NCBI GenBank assembly: GCA_051294375.1
Contig: CM119263.1
Location: forward strand, 31,727,476 to 31,791,475
DNA from: Paraspadella gotoi
Lineage: Eukaryota; Animalia; Chaetognatha
Direction: 5' to 3'
DNA length: 64,000 nucleotides
Both the position numbers and the translations under genes were made by a program. Shown in pieces: positions 51,483 through 64,000 of the stretch. The number at the start of each line of letters is the position of its first letter. The stretch's first letter is position 1. Under the pieces are notes generated by a model. It worked only from the letters and a program-made list of their open reading frames with translations, was not told the DNA's origin and did no database searches.

Positions 51483-51553
51483 CGAATTTGAAATTTGAAA
51501 GAAATGAAAAATTTAAAGGGAGACAAAGAAGAAAGTAAAATGATGATGATGAC

Positions 51554-51586
<33 letters not shown>

Positions 51587-51673
51587 TTATGTAAGAAAGA
51601 TATTAAATATTAGGTAAAGAAACGCAATAATATAGCAATTACTAGTTGAAAATGACAACTATCGGGAGACAGA

Positions 51674-51709
<36 letters not shown>

Positions 51710-52810
51710 ACGAGAGCCGAGGGCGGTGAAAGAAAATCGCCGGAGAAAAACAAAGAGAGAAATATGCGTCTCCATTTTCTTCTTATTGCTTCTCTTTTCT
51801 TTTTTTTCTTTCTTTTCTTTTCTTTTCTTTTCTTTTCTTTTCTTTCTTTTCTTTCTTTTCTTTTCTTTTCTTTTCTTTCTTTTCTTTTCTTTTCTTTCTT
51901 TCTTTCTTCTTTATTTCTTCTTTTGTCTTTTTTTTTATCTTTTTCTTTCTTCTTATGTCTTTTTCTTTTCTTTCTTTTCTTTTCTTTCTTTTTCTTTTTC
52001 TTTTCTTTCTTCTTTTCTTTCTTTCTCTTTTCTTTTCTTTCCTTTTTTTATCTCTTTCTTTTTTTTCTTATTTTTCATTTTTTTCTTTTCTTTCATTTTT
52101 TCCCTTTTTTTTCTTTTCTTTTCCTTTTTTCTTTCTTTTCTTTTTCACCTTAAATTCTTTTCTTTTCTTTCGAATTTAATAGCAAAAAACTTAACTTCTT
52201 GTCTCTTTATTATTATTTGTTTTGAATGAATTTTTTTTTCTCATTTTATTCCAACTTTTTCTTTCATTTGTTTGTTTGGGATTTTCTCTGCTTTAATGAA
52301 AATCTCTCGTCATTAGTTTCAAATATTAAAAAAAAAAATTCAAAAAATTTAAAAAAATGTGGAATTAGGTTTTTTTTTCTGTGGAATCGTTTGAAAATAA
52401 AACGTAAAATTGACGAAAAACGAAAAACTAAACCACTAAACTTAACAACTAAACTTTTTATAGTTTATCTAAAAAGGATAAAGATGATAAATTTAAAAAA
52501 ATTCCTGTCAACAAAAATGTAAGGTTTAATTTCGAAAAAAATTAAAGGAGGAAATTAAAATAGATTGTGGACGTTTAACCTAAATGAGTTCAGGTGTATT
52601 CTTTGATATGACAAAAAACGAAACAGTAAAATCTTGTTAAACGAGAGTTGCTTAAAAAAAGCTTAAAATTGTTTTTTGAACATATGAAAAGTTACTTTTT
52701 CAAATTATTCCTAAAAGGGTTTTTGGCAGAAAATTCCAGAAAATTATTCCAAAGCGACGCGTCCTCTTTTTCCTTAGTGAGAGAGAGAGGGAGAGAGAGA
52801 GAGAGAGAAT

Positions 52811-52843
<33 letters not shown>

Positions 52844-53596
52844 GAAGAGAGAGAGAGAGAGCGAGCGAAGAGAGTGAGTGAGAGAGAGAGAGAGATAGAG
52901 AATGAGAGAGAGAGAGAGAAAGAGAGAGAGAAGAGAGAGAAGAGAGAGGAGAGAGATAGAGTGAGAGAGAGAGAGAGAGACGCAGGTAAAGGACTTAATT
53001 AGTTTTGTCGGCGAAAGATTCGGTTCTTCGGGTTAAATTTGAAAGAAAGGACTGAAGCAGAAAAATTAGAGAGTTAAAGAGATAGGTGGTGAAAAGAGAG
53101 GAGATGGAGACCTAGAGGGGTAAAGAGATAAGAAAAAGTAAGGTCAGGAAAAGATAAGAAAAAAATTAGAAGTGAAGAAAGAAAGAAATTAAAGTTAAAG
53201 ATAGATAAGAAAGAATAAAAGGTTATGTGAGAAGAAAGTAAAGTAAACTTAAGATAAGAAAGAGAGAAAAATAGATAATAAAAAATCTAGAACATATTAA
53301 GGATTAATAACAAAAAGAAAATGAGCAATAAGGAAAAAAAAAAGAAAGAAAGGAAAGCTTGTCAGAATTACTAATAAATCACTGCGTTGATGCTTAAGCA
53401 TCTGGGTGTAAATCCGAGATGTTGTAGCTGATATTATTTCAAAAGAGAGAGGGAGAAAGAGCGAGAGCGAGACAAATAGAAACAGAGAGAGGGAGTGACT
53501 CAAAGAGAGAGAGTGATAGAGAATGTGAAAAGACCTGGACTCATTTTTTCATTCCTGTGAAAATTACTTGCCAAGTTCTGTAGAGGGAGAGTCTCA

Positions 53597-53693
<97 letters not shown>

Positions 53694-53991
53694 CCATCTA
53701 ATGGAAACTCGGACAATGAACATCTGCCTTCAGTTCCCACAGTTTTCATCTCCATGAAACTTTTTTTGGGAAAAAGAAAAGAGAAAAGAGAAGAGGGAAA
53801 TAAAGAGAGGAGAAAGACAAAGGAGAAAGACAAAGGAGTGAGTCAGGATTTTTTTATTTCAAAAATAATTAAAACAGAAGATACATAATGACATAATGAC
53901 GTAAAAGACAATGACGTTATGACTAAAATGACCCAAAATGACATAACGACATAATGACGCAATGACGTAATGAATAAAGGACCAAACATGA

Positions 53992-54419
53992 CTAAAATAG
54001 GGCAAAAAAGATTGTTCGAAAATTGGCTTGGCTCTGCGAAGAGGCTTTGGGTCCTCCCAATTTTTCTTGTTTTTTAGGCCGTAAAGAAGCTTGAATGCTC
54101 GGGAGAAAGCCGCCTTGGCTAATGGTGACCCCAGAAAGCAGTTTGTTAAGCACCTCGTCGTTTCGGATAGCGAGCTAAGAGAAAAAAAATATTTTGAAAT
54201 ATTATAATCTAATAAATTTATTTATATTTTCATGGCAAATTAAGCCAAATAAATCTAAAAATATATTTGATGTTCCGACCTGCAGGTGTCGAGGAATAAT
54301 TCTACTTTTTTTGTTGTCACGAGACGCGTTTCCAGCTTTTCGAAGAAGACGATGGAGTCGCCCCACGGGAAACTGGGCGAAATGCTCTTCGATGCCCCCT
54401 TGCCGTATGACGGAGCAGT

Positions 54420-54487
<68 letters not shown>

Positions 54488-55002
54488 GGCTGGATGACAG
54501 GATCGGGATCGACCAAAACGACGACGATAATTTGAATGATGGATTAATTGTTTAGGGTTTCGGTTAGGGATAAGGTTAATTTAGGGAATAGATATTAGGA
54601 ATTAGGGTTGGGATTAGGGTTAGGGTTTAGGGTTGGGATTAGGGTTAGGGATTAGGTTCTTTTTCCCGACGCTACTTTTGCAACAATAAAATTCTGGCTT
54701 GCTGGGTGACTCAGCGAGAGAAAGAATTAAGCCTCCGTCAGGATCGGGATCGACAGAAACGACGATGATAGTTAAAACGATGGAGGAAGCAGTTGTGATA
54801 GTGAGAGCGATGACAAAAAGAGTGATGCATAAAACGATGATGGAAGCAGCAAAAGATACGATTATTGTGCGTGTGTTTGAGTCCGCTGCTTCAAGAGCCA
54901 CAGCAAGGGGGCTTCTTTAAAAAAAAGTGCCGGAAACTAGAGGCCAGCTCTCGAGGATCGACTTTTCGCATTGACCTTTCCGTCCTTTCCGCGCCCGGAC
55001 AT
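53992..55002 (-). pseudogene. H2A: Histone H2A (H2A.X-like) pseudogene
   Basis: 55002-54931 MSGRGKDGKVNAKSRSSRAGL*FP; 54372-54280 [31 protein letters not shown]; GT-AG intron 54279-54175; 54174-53992 [35 protein letters not shown]...KASSQSQ. Confidence 0.92.
54552..54658 (+). repeat. Degenerate interstitial TTAGGG-like tract (similar tracts at ~8495-8563 and ~34975-35072)
   Basis: Runs of ttaggg, ttagga and ttggga hexamers. Confidence 0.7.
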
Positions 55003-55482
55003 GTTTGAGTCCTCTTAATAATGTTGGGTTGCAAGACTCTGCAAGCTCTAATTTATTCACCGAGTTCCTGTCTTATCTATTAATGAAGTGATATATAGTA
55101 ATATCTCTATAAACCGTTTGTATAAAAAGCATTATCTCCAATAATTTCTCTTTGTCAACCTCGACTGACTAGTATTATAAATTATAACTTCTATTATTAT
55201 TATTATTCTATCATTCAATCATTATTATTATTATTTCTATTATAAATTATAATTTCTATTAATTCTATTGTTATTTCTATTAAAAATTGTAATTTATAAT
55301 ATAATTTATTTTATTATTCTATTATTTTATTATTATTTCTATTATAAATTATAAATTTTTATTTTTATTCTCCCTTCTAGAGATTCCAAGTTTTTCTTTA
55401 TTGCACCAAGTCCTTACCAATGACCTTGAAATGACCTCAGCTCAAGAAACGATTCCGATATCATTTAGCTTTGACCGAAAGC

Positions 55483-55538
<56 letters not shown>

Positions 55539-56823
55539 TCTCGTTTTTGCCCAAAACGTGATGTAGAATCGAGTGGTGTTGCCATTACGGGCATCTCAAA
55601 ACTATTTTGTCCATATTTTTGCCACTTTTAACATTTTAGCCATTTTTGCCACTTCTACCATTTCGTTCATCTTTGTGCCACTTTCCAGCGTTCAACACCA
55701 ATTTCTTATTCCATTTTCCAGTATTCATTACTAGATTCTTTTCCCATTTTCCAGCGTTCACAGGCCATTTCTTTTTCCATTTTCCAGCGTTTTCCACCAA
55801 TTAATTTTTCCATTTTTCAGTGTACATTCAACAATTTCTTTTATTATTTTCCAGTGTTCACTACCCATTTCTTTTTTCATTTTCCAGCGTTCATTGCCTT
55901 TTTCTGTTTCCATTTCCAGCGTTCTCCACCCATTTTTTTTCCATTTTCCAGCGTTCACCGCCCATTTCTTTTTCTATTTTCCAGTGTTCATTCAACAATT
56001 TCTTTTATTATTTTCCAGCGTTCACCGCCCATTTATTTTACTATTTTCCAGTCTTCACAATCAATATCTCATCTCATTTTCCTGTCTTTTCCATTCCCTC
56101 TTCCATTCCTTTTAGAAAAAAAATGTTTTCATCCACAAAAGAAGAAATAAATCTGTTTCGCGCAAAGAAATTCTCCTCAAATATTCATCTTTCTTCTTTT
56201 ACTCCTTTATGTTCCTGAGATGTTTTCCCTTTTTCTTCTTATAATGACTTTCTTTATATATTCAATACAAAATTTGGGCTTAATTGGTTTATTTTTAGTA
56301 ATTAATTTATTATCTATTTTAAAAATTTATTGAATTTTTTGAAGTTTAATCTTCAAAGTATTTTTTTAGTTATTAGTTTATTAGTCATAGGAGTATTTCT
56401 TTAAAATTTAAAAAAAATTTAAATCAATAATTCTTTTGAATGAAACTAAATTAGTAAAAAGAGATAAAACAACTTTAAAGAAACCCATAAATTTTTTTAA
56501 GCTAAAAGATCGCAGTTATTGTTGACATCGTTATTGTTGTCGTCGTCATCGTCGTCATATTCGTCATCGTCATAATCGTCGTCGTCGTCATCATCATCGT
56601 CATCATCGTCGTCGTCATCTTCATCATCGTCGTCGTCCTCGCAAAGGAGTTTACGATGTGTTTGTCGGCTCCTTTGATGTTCAGAAGGTCGATTCGCAAC
56701 TTAACTTCAAATTAGCTAAAACATTAAAAACATCATTTTTATAAACAAACCTCTCACTCACTCTTTCTTTTTTATTCTTTTCTGTCTATCTCTCTTCCTC
56801 TCTCTCTCTCTCTCCCTCTGCTC

Positions 56824-56907
<84 letters not shown>

Positions 56908-57383
56908 CAATGCATTCCTCCCTCTCTGTTTACTCCTACTATTTACATATTCTTTTTGAAGGACTCAGTGCGTTGGTCGGTCGGTCAGTCTAACATTGAA
57001 TGCAAAAAAATAAGTAGGAATATCTTAAAGAGGCACATAGTATATCGAAGTCCTTTAGATCTTGGTCCATTGAAAAATGGCAAATAACATCTTTTACTCT
57101 TGATGTATTGCATTTAAACAATATCTTTCAATTCTCAGTCAATCGTTAGGCTCTCTTTTCCGAGAGTGCCTCATTTCTGGGCTCTCTTTTCCAAGAGTGC
57201 CTCTTTTCTGGGCTCTCTTTTCCAAGAGTGCCAATTTTCTGGGCTCTCTTTTCCGAGAGTACCCCATATCTGGGCTCTCTTAGCCATAAAAATATAATAA
57301 TCATTTGAAAAATGATTAGAATATAAAATACTTGTAGTTTAAAGTTTTTTTGATTGTTTGAATCTAGATAGATTTAGTAAGAT

Positions 57384-57422
<39 letters not shown>

Positions 57423-57699
57423 AACTCTCTGTTTTTCTCTTTCATTTTTCCCTTCACTATTTTTTACCCATTTTTTTTGTTCAGCTTTACTTCTCACTTA
57501 ATATCACTTACTTTTTTCCCCTCATCCTCCTTTTTCCTCTCTCTCTCTCCCTCTTCCTCCTCCTCACTTTTCCCCCCTATCCCACCTCTCTCTTTTATAC
57601 ACAACCTGTCGTATACATCTCAAACAACTTTTATACTTACAAAAGATTTTAAAGCAAGATTCCTCACATTGGACTTTAAAACTTTTTTTCTTACTTGAT

Positions 57700-58159
57700 T
57701 CAATGAAAATTGGCTGGGCTAACAACATTAGGCAAAAACTCTTACTTTATAAATTAACTACCAATCTCGAAGTCATCAGAAATAAAACAACTAATAGCTG
57801 GAAAAAAGAATGTAGAATTGCTGTAGAGAAATTTAATAAAGAAAGACTATACAACAACTGCTACAAAGTCGTACAAGGACAACAAAGCCAAAAACATAGT
57901 CGACCAAATAAGCAAATATACCTATTCGCGAAAACCACTACCGGAACTATTGAAATGCAACAAACAAGAAACAGCTACCATATTAATGTCAAGATATGGA
58001 ATGCTTGAGTGCGGCAAGAACTATAATTCTACAATAAATCAAATCTGTGAAAAATTCAACAAGGAAGATGATGAAGAACATAGACTTAATTATTGTATTA
58101 AATGGAATCATTTAAACTTTATGTCCAATCTTGATAGAATACCTTTTTCTGATATATAC
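57700..58159 (+). mobile_element. 3' fragment of a LINE with a C-terminal zinc knuckle, continued at ~61432-61520 after the hAT insertion
   Basis: SRYGMLECGKNY...C....EDDEEHRLNYCIKW. LINE-like coding sequence (IERVW) resumes after the second TSD. Confidence 0.65.
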
Positions 58160-59235
58160 TAGAGTTCCCCAGCCTCAATCAAACTCTATACAAAGTTCTC
58201 ACTCGGTCTGGTTTCCATTATTTTTTGTCTTCAACTCATTTTGAAACCCTGTACAAGCAAAAAAGGTTTTGGTTAATAAACCCAATTGAGCGTCAAAGTC
58301 AATGATGTGATGCAAAAAATTGTTTTAAAAATGAACGAATTTCATCAAATCAAGTGTTCTAACATGCTTTAATATAAAATTTTTACACTATTAACTGTTA
58401 GAGAACTTAGCAGGCTGATTTTTTTAAGCTTGTCATATTAGATTAAAAGAATATCTCATGATTATGGGGCGTGGCCTTAACCGGAAGTGAGGTTTTACGT
58501 CAAATTGTGTTAAAATTTTGACGAAATTAATTTTAAATACAACAATAACAAAATGTTTAGTGCTTTTTAGGAATAAGATGGAATGTATTGGGATGATATT
58601 GAACTGGAAGAAGAGTTACAAAATTGTGTTCACAAAATCTAATGAATTCTCCATAATAGACAACGCGATTATTCAATATTCATTCTATGTCTTAACAACT
58701 ATTAATTTCCAAGCTATTTTCGGTGAGTTAATGATATTGGTGTGGGTTTTTGTAAATTAAATGGGATCATCATGGCCTTTCAAAGCCGTTATTAAGTTTG
58801 TAACATTAATTTGTAGTGGTTTTATGCACATTTTTTGAATTAAGTGAAATTATTTATTTTTCTGACAGACAACGAATTTGTTTTTACTTTCTAAATTTAA
58901 AATTGTACGTATTTGGTAATGTTTCTTTAAAACATTTGAACTTTTTGACCCCGAACCCGACAAGACACAATGAAAATTTATGTGAGCGACCAGAAAACAA
59001 TGTGTACAAAACTACAACAAAACAAAGTATTATGTAGAATGAGACAATTATACCAATCAGGTAACTACTATGTTTAAGTGTGTTCTGGATGTTTATTTTG
59101 ACACTTCGGCAGAATTGTTTGGTCTGAAAATTGACTTGACTGAACTAAATCCCAAAGTTTCCTGACCTTTTTGCATTGGGGATTTGTATGTTGAAATATC
59201 TCCGAAATGAAGATATTCAATGATGTCAATGAATG

Positions 59236-59620
59236 TTATCCATCACCATGCTTACGATTCGTCTTGCAGGCTTTTTTTGTTAACTTGGTAGTTAAATTTT
59301 CGATATTTACATCATAAACAACTTTTGCCAACGTATGGATTGGAAGTTTAAAAAAGGTTTTCATTGCTCGCAAGTGCAGTTTTTCTATTTTCTCCCATTG
59401 GCTTTTGCTCGAGTTTATCCAAGTTGGACTAGAGTATTCGAATATTGAAATGACCAGACTGTTGTAGAGCTGAAGAACAGTTTTATAATTGTCATTAACT
59501 TTCTTTGCTATTTTATTGATTGCTAAGATTTTGCCCTTTGCTTTGTCTAATAAAGAATCAATGAATCTCGTCCATAAAAGTTTTTCATCTAAGACAATAC
59601 CAAGCAATTTGAATTCTTTA
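59236..59620 (-). mobile_element. LINE RT domain 7/thumb fragment nested in the hAT element
   Basis: FKLLGIVLDEKLLW...LYNSLVISIFEYSSPTW, typical of AP-endonuclease LINE RT C-termini. Confidence 0.85.
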
Positions 59621-59666
59621 GAGAAGAGAGAGAGAGAGAAGACGAGAAAGAGAGAGAGAAAGAGAG

Positions 59667-59706
<40 letters not shown>

Positions 59707-60861
59707 TGTTTCCAACAAAGAATTGAGAAAAGGACAGTGAGAAAAACCGCCTCATGGCTTTCACGTTGTGGCGCAAATCAACGTTCCTACAAAAACTTAA
59801 TTATTGTTGGATATAAGACATAAGATAAGGCATAAGAATGGTGAGCCTTATACACATTTTTTTTAATTTCATGTTTGCACACTAGAGGAAGACTGAAGTC
59901 TTCAAAGTACTGTGCTATTTCGTTGTTGTCCATTAAAAACTTTCGTTTTCTCCAAAATTACAACAAAAGAGAGAAATAACACAATGTTTTCAGCTCAACT
60001 AAATATATTGGGAGAAAATGTAGAAACTTTTTTATTCGCTGCAGTGTATAACGGCGTCGGATGGGGGGCACTCAATTATTTAATGATTAATTAATTTATA
60101 ATGATTTTTCTTTTTTTAAAGATTCAGTTTTTTACTGAAGATGAAATTGGGATGACCATTAAAGAAAAGTTGTTTTACATAAATAAATATCAAATTAATC
60201 TTATAAAATTAAAATATAATAAACGTCCAGTACTTTTCTACAGAATGAGGAAAAAAAATTCAAAAAATATTTATCTAATGAGAAATGGTACGCATTTTTT
60301 TGGTGTCACTCGCGAACGGACACGGAGAGGTACTATGTCTGAAATCAAACTTTAGATTATTTTTGGTTTATGACGTATATTTTCACTTTTTTTCTATTAT
60401 TTATTATTTTTTTTGGAGGAGATCAGTGTTGATTTTGGTAATAGAGGAGCTTCTATAAAGCTCGAAAGGCTCGAAAGGCTACAAAGTACAAAAAAAGATA
60501 TAATAACCTAACCTTGATTTATATGCATAAATATTGTTATCAATGGTTTTATATCATTGTATTAAATTTTTTTAAATTTTGCGTAAAATTAACTAAGAGA
60601 AATAGATTGGTTACTTTTTGTTGCATTTAAAATCTATTTTATAAAAATTAGAACAAATAAAAACACTTATAGGCTGAAAACCTTACTTTCGGTTAAGGCC
60701 ACGCCCCATTATAACAAGATATTTTTTTCAAATTAACAAAACAAAACTAGGAGAATAAGCTACTAGTGTTTTTTAGCTAATAATGGTGAAAAATCTTTAT
60801 GTTATAGCATAGCATAGCATAGATAGCATAGCATAGCATAGCATGTTATAGCATGTTGCTG

Positions 60862-61220
60862 TAAATGATGGTGTACGAAAGATTTTTGGATATAATCGAT
60901 GGGAAAGTGTGAGAGAACTTAGGAGTATGTTTGGATACCACGACCTATCTACAATTTTTAATAATCGTAAGAAAACCTTTATCTCAAAGATATATACAAT
61001 GAAAAATACTGTTCTTCAGAAACTTGTTCCATTTTTTACAACATAAGAACAATTTTTAATTGTTTAAATTTTAATTAATTAATTTTATTTAATTAACTGT
61101 TTTTTTTTTCTCTCTATTTTATGTTTTTGCTTAGACTTAGTCTGTCTTTGTTTGTTTGTTTTGTTGATGATGATTGTACTGAATCAACCTCGTTGTATTC
61201 GAATAAAATCGCATATATAT
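60862..61220 (+). mobile_element. 3' end of a CR1/L2-group-like LINE nested in the hAT subterminal repeat
   Basis: NDGVRKIFGYNRWESVRELRSMFGY, then a T-rich 3' UTR ending aataaaatcgcatatat. A similar ending occurs at ~38920. Confidence 0.55.
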
Positions 61221-61857
61221 TAAAACTCTTTCTTTAAAAATTATTATCATTTTTCGCCAAATTTTTTTTGCATCAGTACTAGTTCACTTTGACGCTCTAT
61301 TGGGTTTATTAGCAAAAACATTTTTGGTCAAACAGGCTTTTAAAGTGAATTTAAGACAAGAAATAATGGGAAACCGGACCGAGTGAGAACTTAGTATGGG
61401 GTTTTTTTGGGCTGGGAACTCTAATATATACTTAAATAACATAGAAAAAACTAAAGCATATCATGATTCGGATAGAGAGAGTGTGGACCGTTAAAAAAGG
61501 AACGGGATCTATGTGTAAATACTGAAATTTAAAACATATGTATATAATTAGTCCACTTTGTAATTTTTTGTTTTGTTAATTTATTTACATTTCTTTAAAA
61601 TGTGTACATACATGTATATGTACGGCTCATTAACTGTTACATTGTTACAGTGTTAAATTTTCACATTTTGAGCATAATAAATCAAATCAATCAATCAAAA
61701 TCCCTCCCTCAACTCCTCCCCCTCTCCTCTTTTTCCTTCCTCCCTCAACTCCTCCCCCTCTCCCTCTTTTTCCTTCCTCTCTCAACTCCTTCTGGTCTTC
61801 AGCAACGAAATTTCTCTCCTGGTTTTACTTCCCTTTCTTCTTCTCTCTCTCTCTTTC

Positions 61858-61909
<52 letters not shown>

Positions 61910-61962
61910 ACAATCTCTCTCTCTCAACCTGTATTTTACTATTTTTAAACCAATATATATCT

Positions 61963-61997
<35 letters not shown>

Positions 61998-62060
61998 ACA
62001 ATCTCTCTCTCTCAACCCTGTATTTTTACTATTTTTAACCAATAATATCTCTCTCTCTCT

Positions 62061-62093
<33 letters not shown>

Positions 62094-64000
62094 ACAATCT
62101 CTCTCTCTCAACCCTGTATTTTTACTATTTTTAAACCAATATCTATAAATATTAAATTTTACCCAATATTTCAATGACCGCCTATGATCTCTTGCCCTCT
62201 CGACTGACCTCAAAATGTCTTTCCAATGACCTCTCTTTGTCTTCTCTTGTTCTTCTCTTGTCCTGACCCCTTTCACCTCAGACCTCTCTTTGTCCTTGAA
62301 AAATATCCTTCTATATTTTCCTTTTTTAATATATTCTTTTAATAAAAATTATAATCTATTTGAATTTTAATATTTTCTTGATTACAGTAACTTTTTTCTT
62401 TACTCGATAAACTGGAGGGAATGGATATCTCTCAAACTAGGAGTTGAATCAGCTAAGCGATGAGTAATAGATGCAGGAAGGGTTAGCTTGTGTCCCATTG
62501 GACGGATTTTTTAAAAATTTGAAAAAATTGCGCTCAGCACCTTAAAAAATTTTTTACAATATTTGCTCTAGCGCAGTTATTAATGAAGCTAGCCCCATCA
62601 TTTTTTGCTCATAAATACTCCGAGACGAGCCTACATAATGATGTAATAAAATTTTTGAATTCATTTAATTTTTTTGGTTTTAATAATTAATTTGGCAAAA
62701 TAATATTCAAATATACTGTAAATATCCAAGGTAATTGATTCTTTTTTTTATACAAAATGATACATTGAACTTGAGCAGTTATAATAAATAACAAATAAAA
62801 TTTTAAAAAATAATTTTAAATACCAAAAATATTTTTTCAATATTATAAAAATATATTATAGTCTTAAAACTAATTAAAATATTTAAAAAATATAAAGGGT
62901 TTGAAAGCGGACTTATGCTGATTCTAAATCTATTTTTTTTTTTAAAATTTGATTTCTTGTTCTCGTTTTACAGACTCATACATTTGTAAAAATTAAAAAA
63001 ATCATCCCTTTTTCAAAACCTTATAAAAAATGATTGGTCCATGTATTGAAATAAAAATTTAAAACTAACTTTGAAAAAGTAATATCTTCTTGCTATTAAA
63101 ATTTTAAATGAGAAGAATAGGATTTGCCAAGATATCAAGGAAGAAGTGTCATTATTTATATTTTTATGAAAAAAAGAATAAGATTTTTTTAATAAGCAAT
63201 TGAACTATTCTTTCGTGGCCGAAGCGGCTAGGCAGAGGTTCTTCTCAGACGAGGTTTAGTAATGACTTAAATTTTCTGCAATATTGAGGACAACCGCACA
63301 AATTTTTGTGTTCACCTATCTTTTTCTTACTAACATTACACAACCAAAGTCAGAGTTCTAATGCAGACATAATGAGTAGACCTTTCCATGCATGAAAAGT
63401 TTTTAAATCACAAAAACGAGTATTGGTAAAGGTGCCCATACATCATATGAATTTTTTGAACATTTTTTTCAATAGATTTTTACAGTAAATGATGCCAACT
63501 CTGAAAAAAAATAAAAAAATGCTAAAAAATTTACTTTTTCATAAATATCTTTTAAAGTTTTATTACTACAGGGACGAAACCCAATCTATCTTGTATAGTA
63601 GGGTAGCCCCACTCAATGGAATAAACTTTTCTTAAAATCTTAAAAGCATAAGGATCGCCGCAATTGCATAGAGAGAGAGAGAGAGAAATCGTTTTCGGAC
63701 GAATCACGAAGAGAGCGCGTTCAAATTATTTTGGGCAGTTAGGGATTTTTACATTTTTCCTCAAATTAATCTTTAGTTTCAAAAACTTGTGACGTCAAGA
63801 ACGGTAGTGAAGGTTTCAGTAACTAGACAACTCAAATAAACAAATATTGACAACGCCGTAAGCAGCGCTAGTACGACTATTATGGCTCGCCTCAATAAGT
63901 CTTTTCCTCTCTCAGCCGAAATCTTATTTTTGACCGTACTTCTTTGTCCTCACGCGTTCGGCCAAATCGTTTTTCTGGTTATTTGTCGAATCTTTGTCGA

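Larger units (their letters stand above)
58160..61423. mobile_element. Non-autonomous hAT-like DNA transposon
   Basis: TIRs tagagttcccagcc / ggctgggaactcta with long imperfect subterminal inverted repeats, and a perfect 8-bp TSD ATATATAC (58152-58159, 61424-61431). No transposase seen. Confidence 0.88.

Overview
AT-rich, microsatellite-dense nuclear DNA from an invertebrate animal. Nearly all ORFs in the supplied track are simple-repeat artefacts. Recognisable host coding sequence: four phase-consistent exons of a tincar-like membrane-protein gene (37829-45489, +), an SPT16 (FACT) coding fragment (28301-29132, +) and a broken, intron-containing H2A/H2A.X-like pseudogene (53992-55002, -). The 11-34 kb region is a mosaic bracketed by the 5' and 3' ends of a DINE-1/HINE-like (Helentron-type) repeat. 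It holds an 18S rRNA fragment and several decayed copies of a divergent non-LTR retrotransposon with a restriction-like endonuclease (RLE), which appears to carry a catalytically dead RNase H-like fold inside that endonuclease. The roughly 10 kb inverted duplication (6290-15810 vs 16699-26097) looks like a gap-filling artefact. Other mobile DNA: a pair of inverted Penelope-type hammerhead ribozymes, a complete Helenus-like TRIM with tRNA-type Pol III boxes in its LTRs, two unusually long tRNA primer-binding sites that seem to record reverse transcription across tRNA modifications, a hAT-type element with an 8-bp TSD, LINE fragments and many minisatellites. All identifications are by eye from motif recognition; no searches were run.
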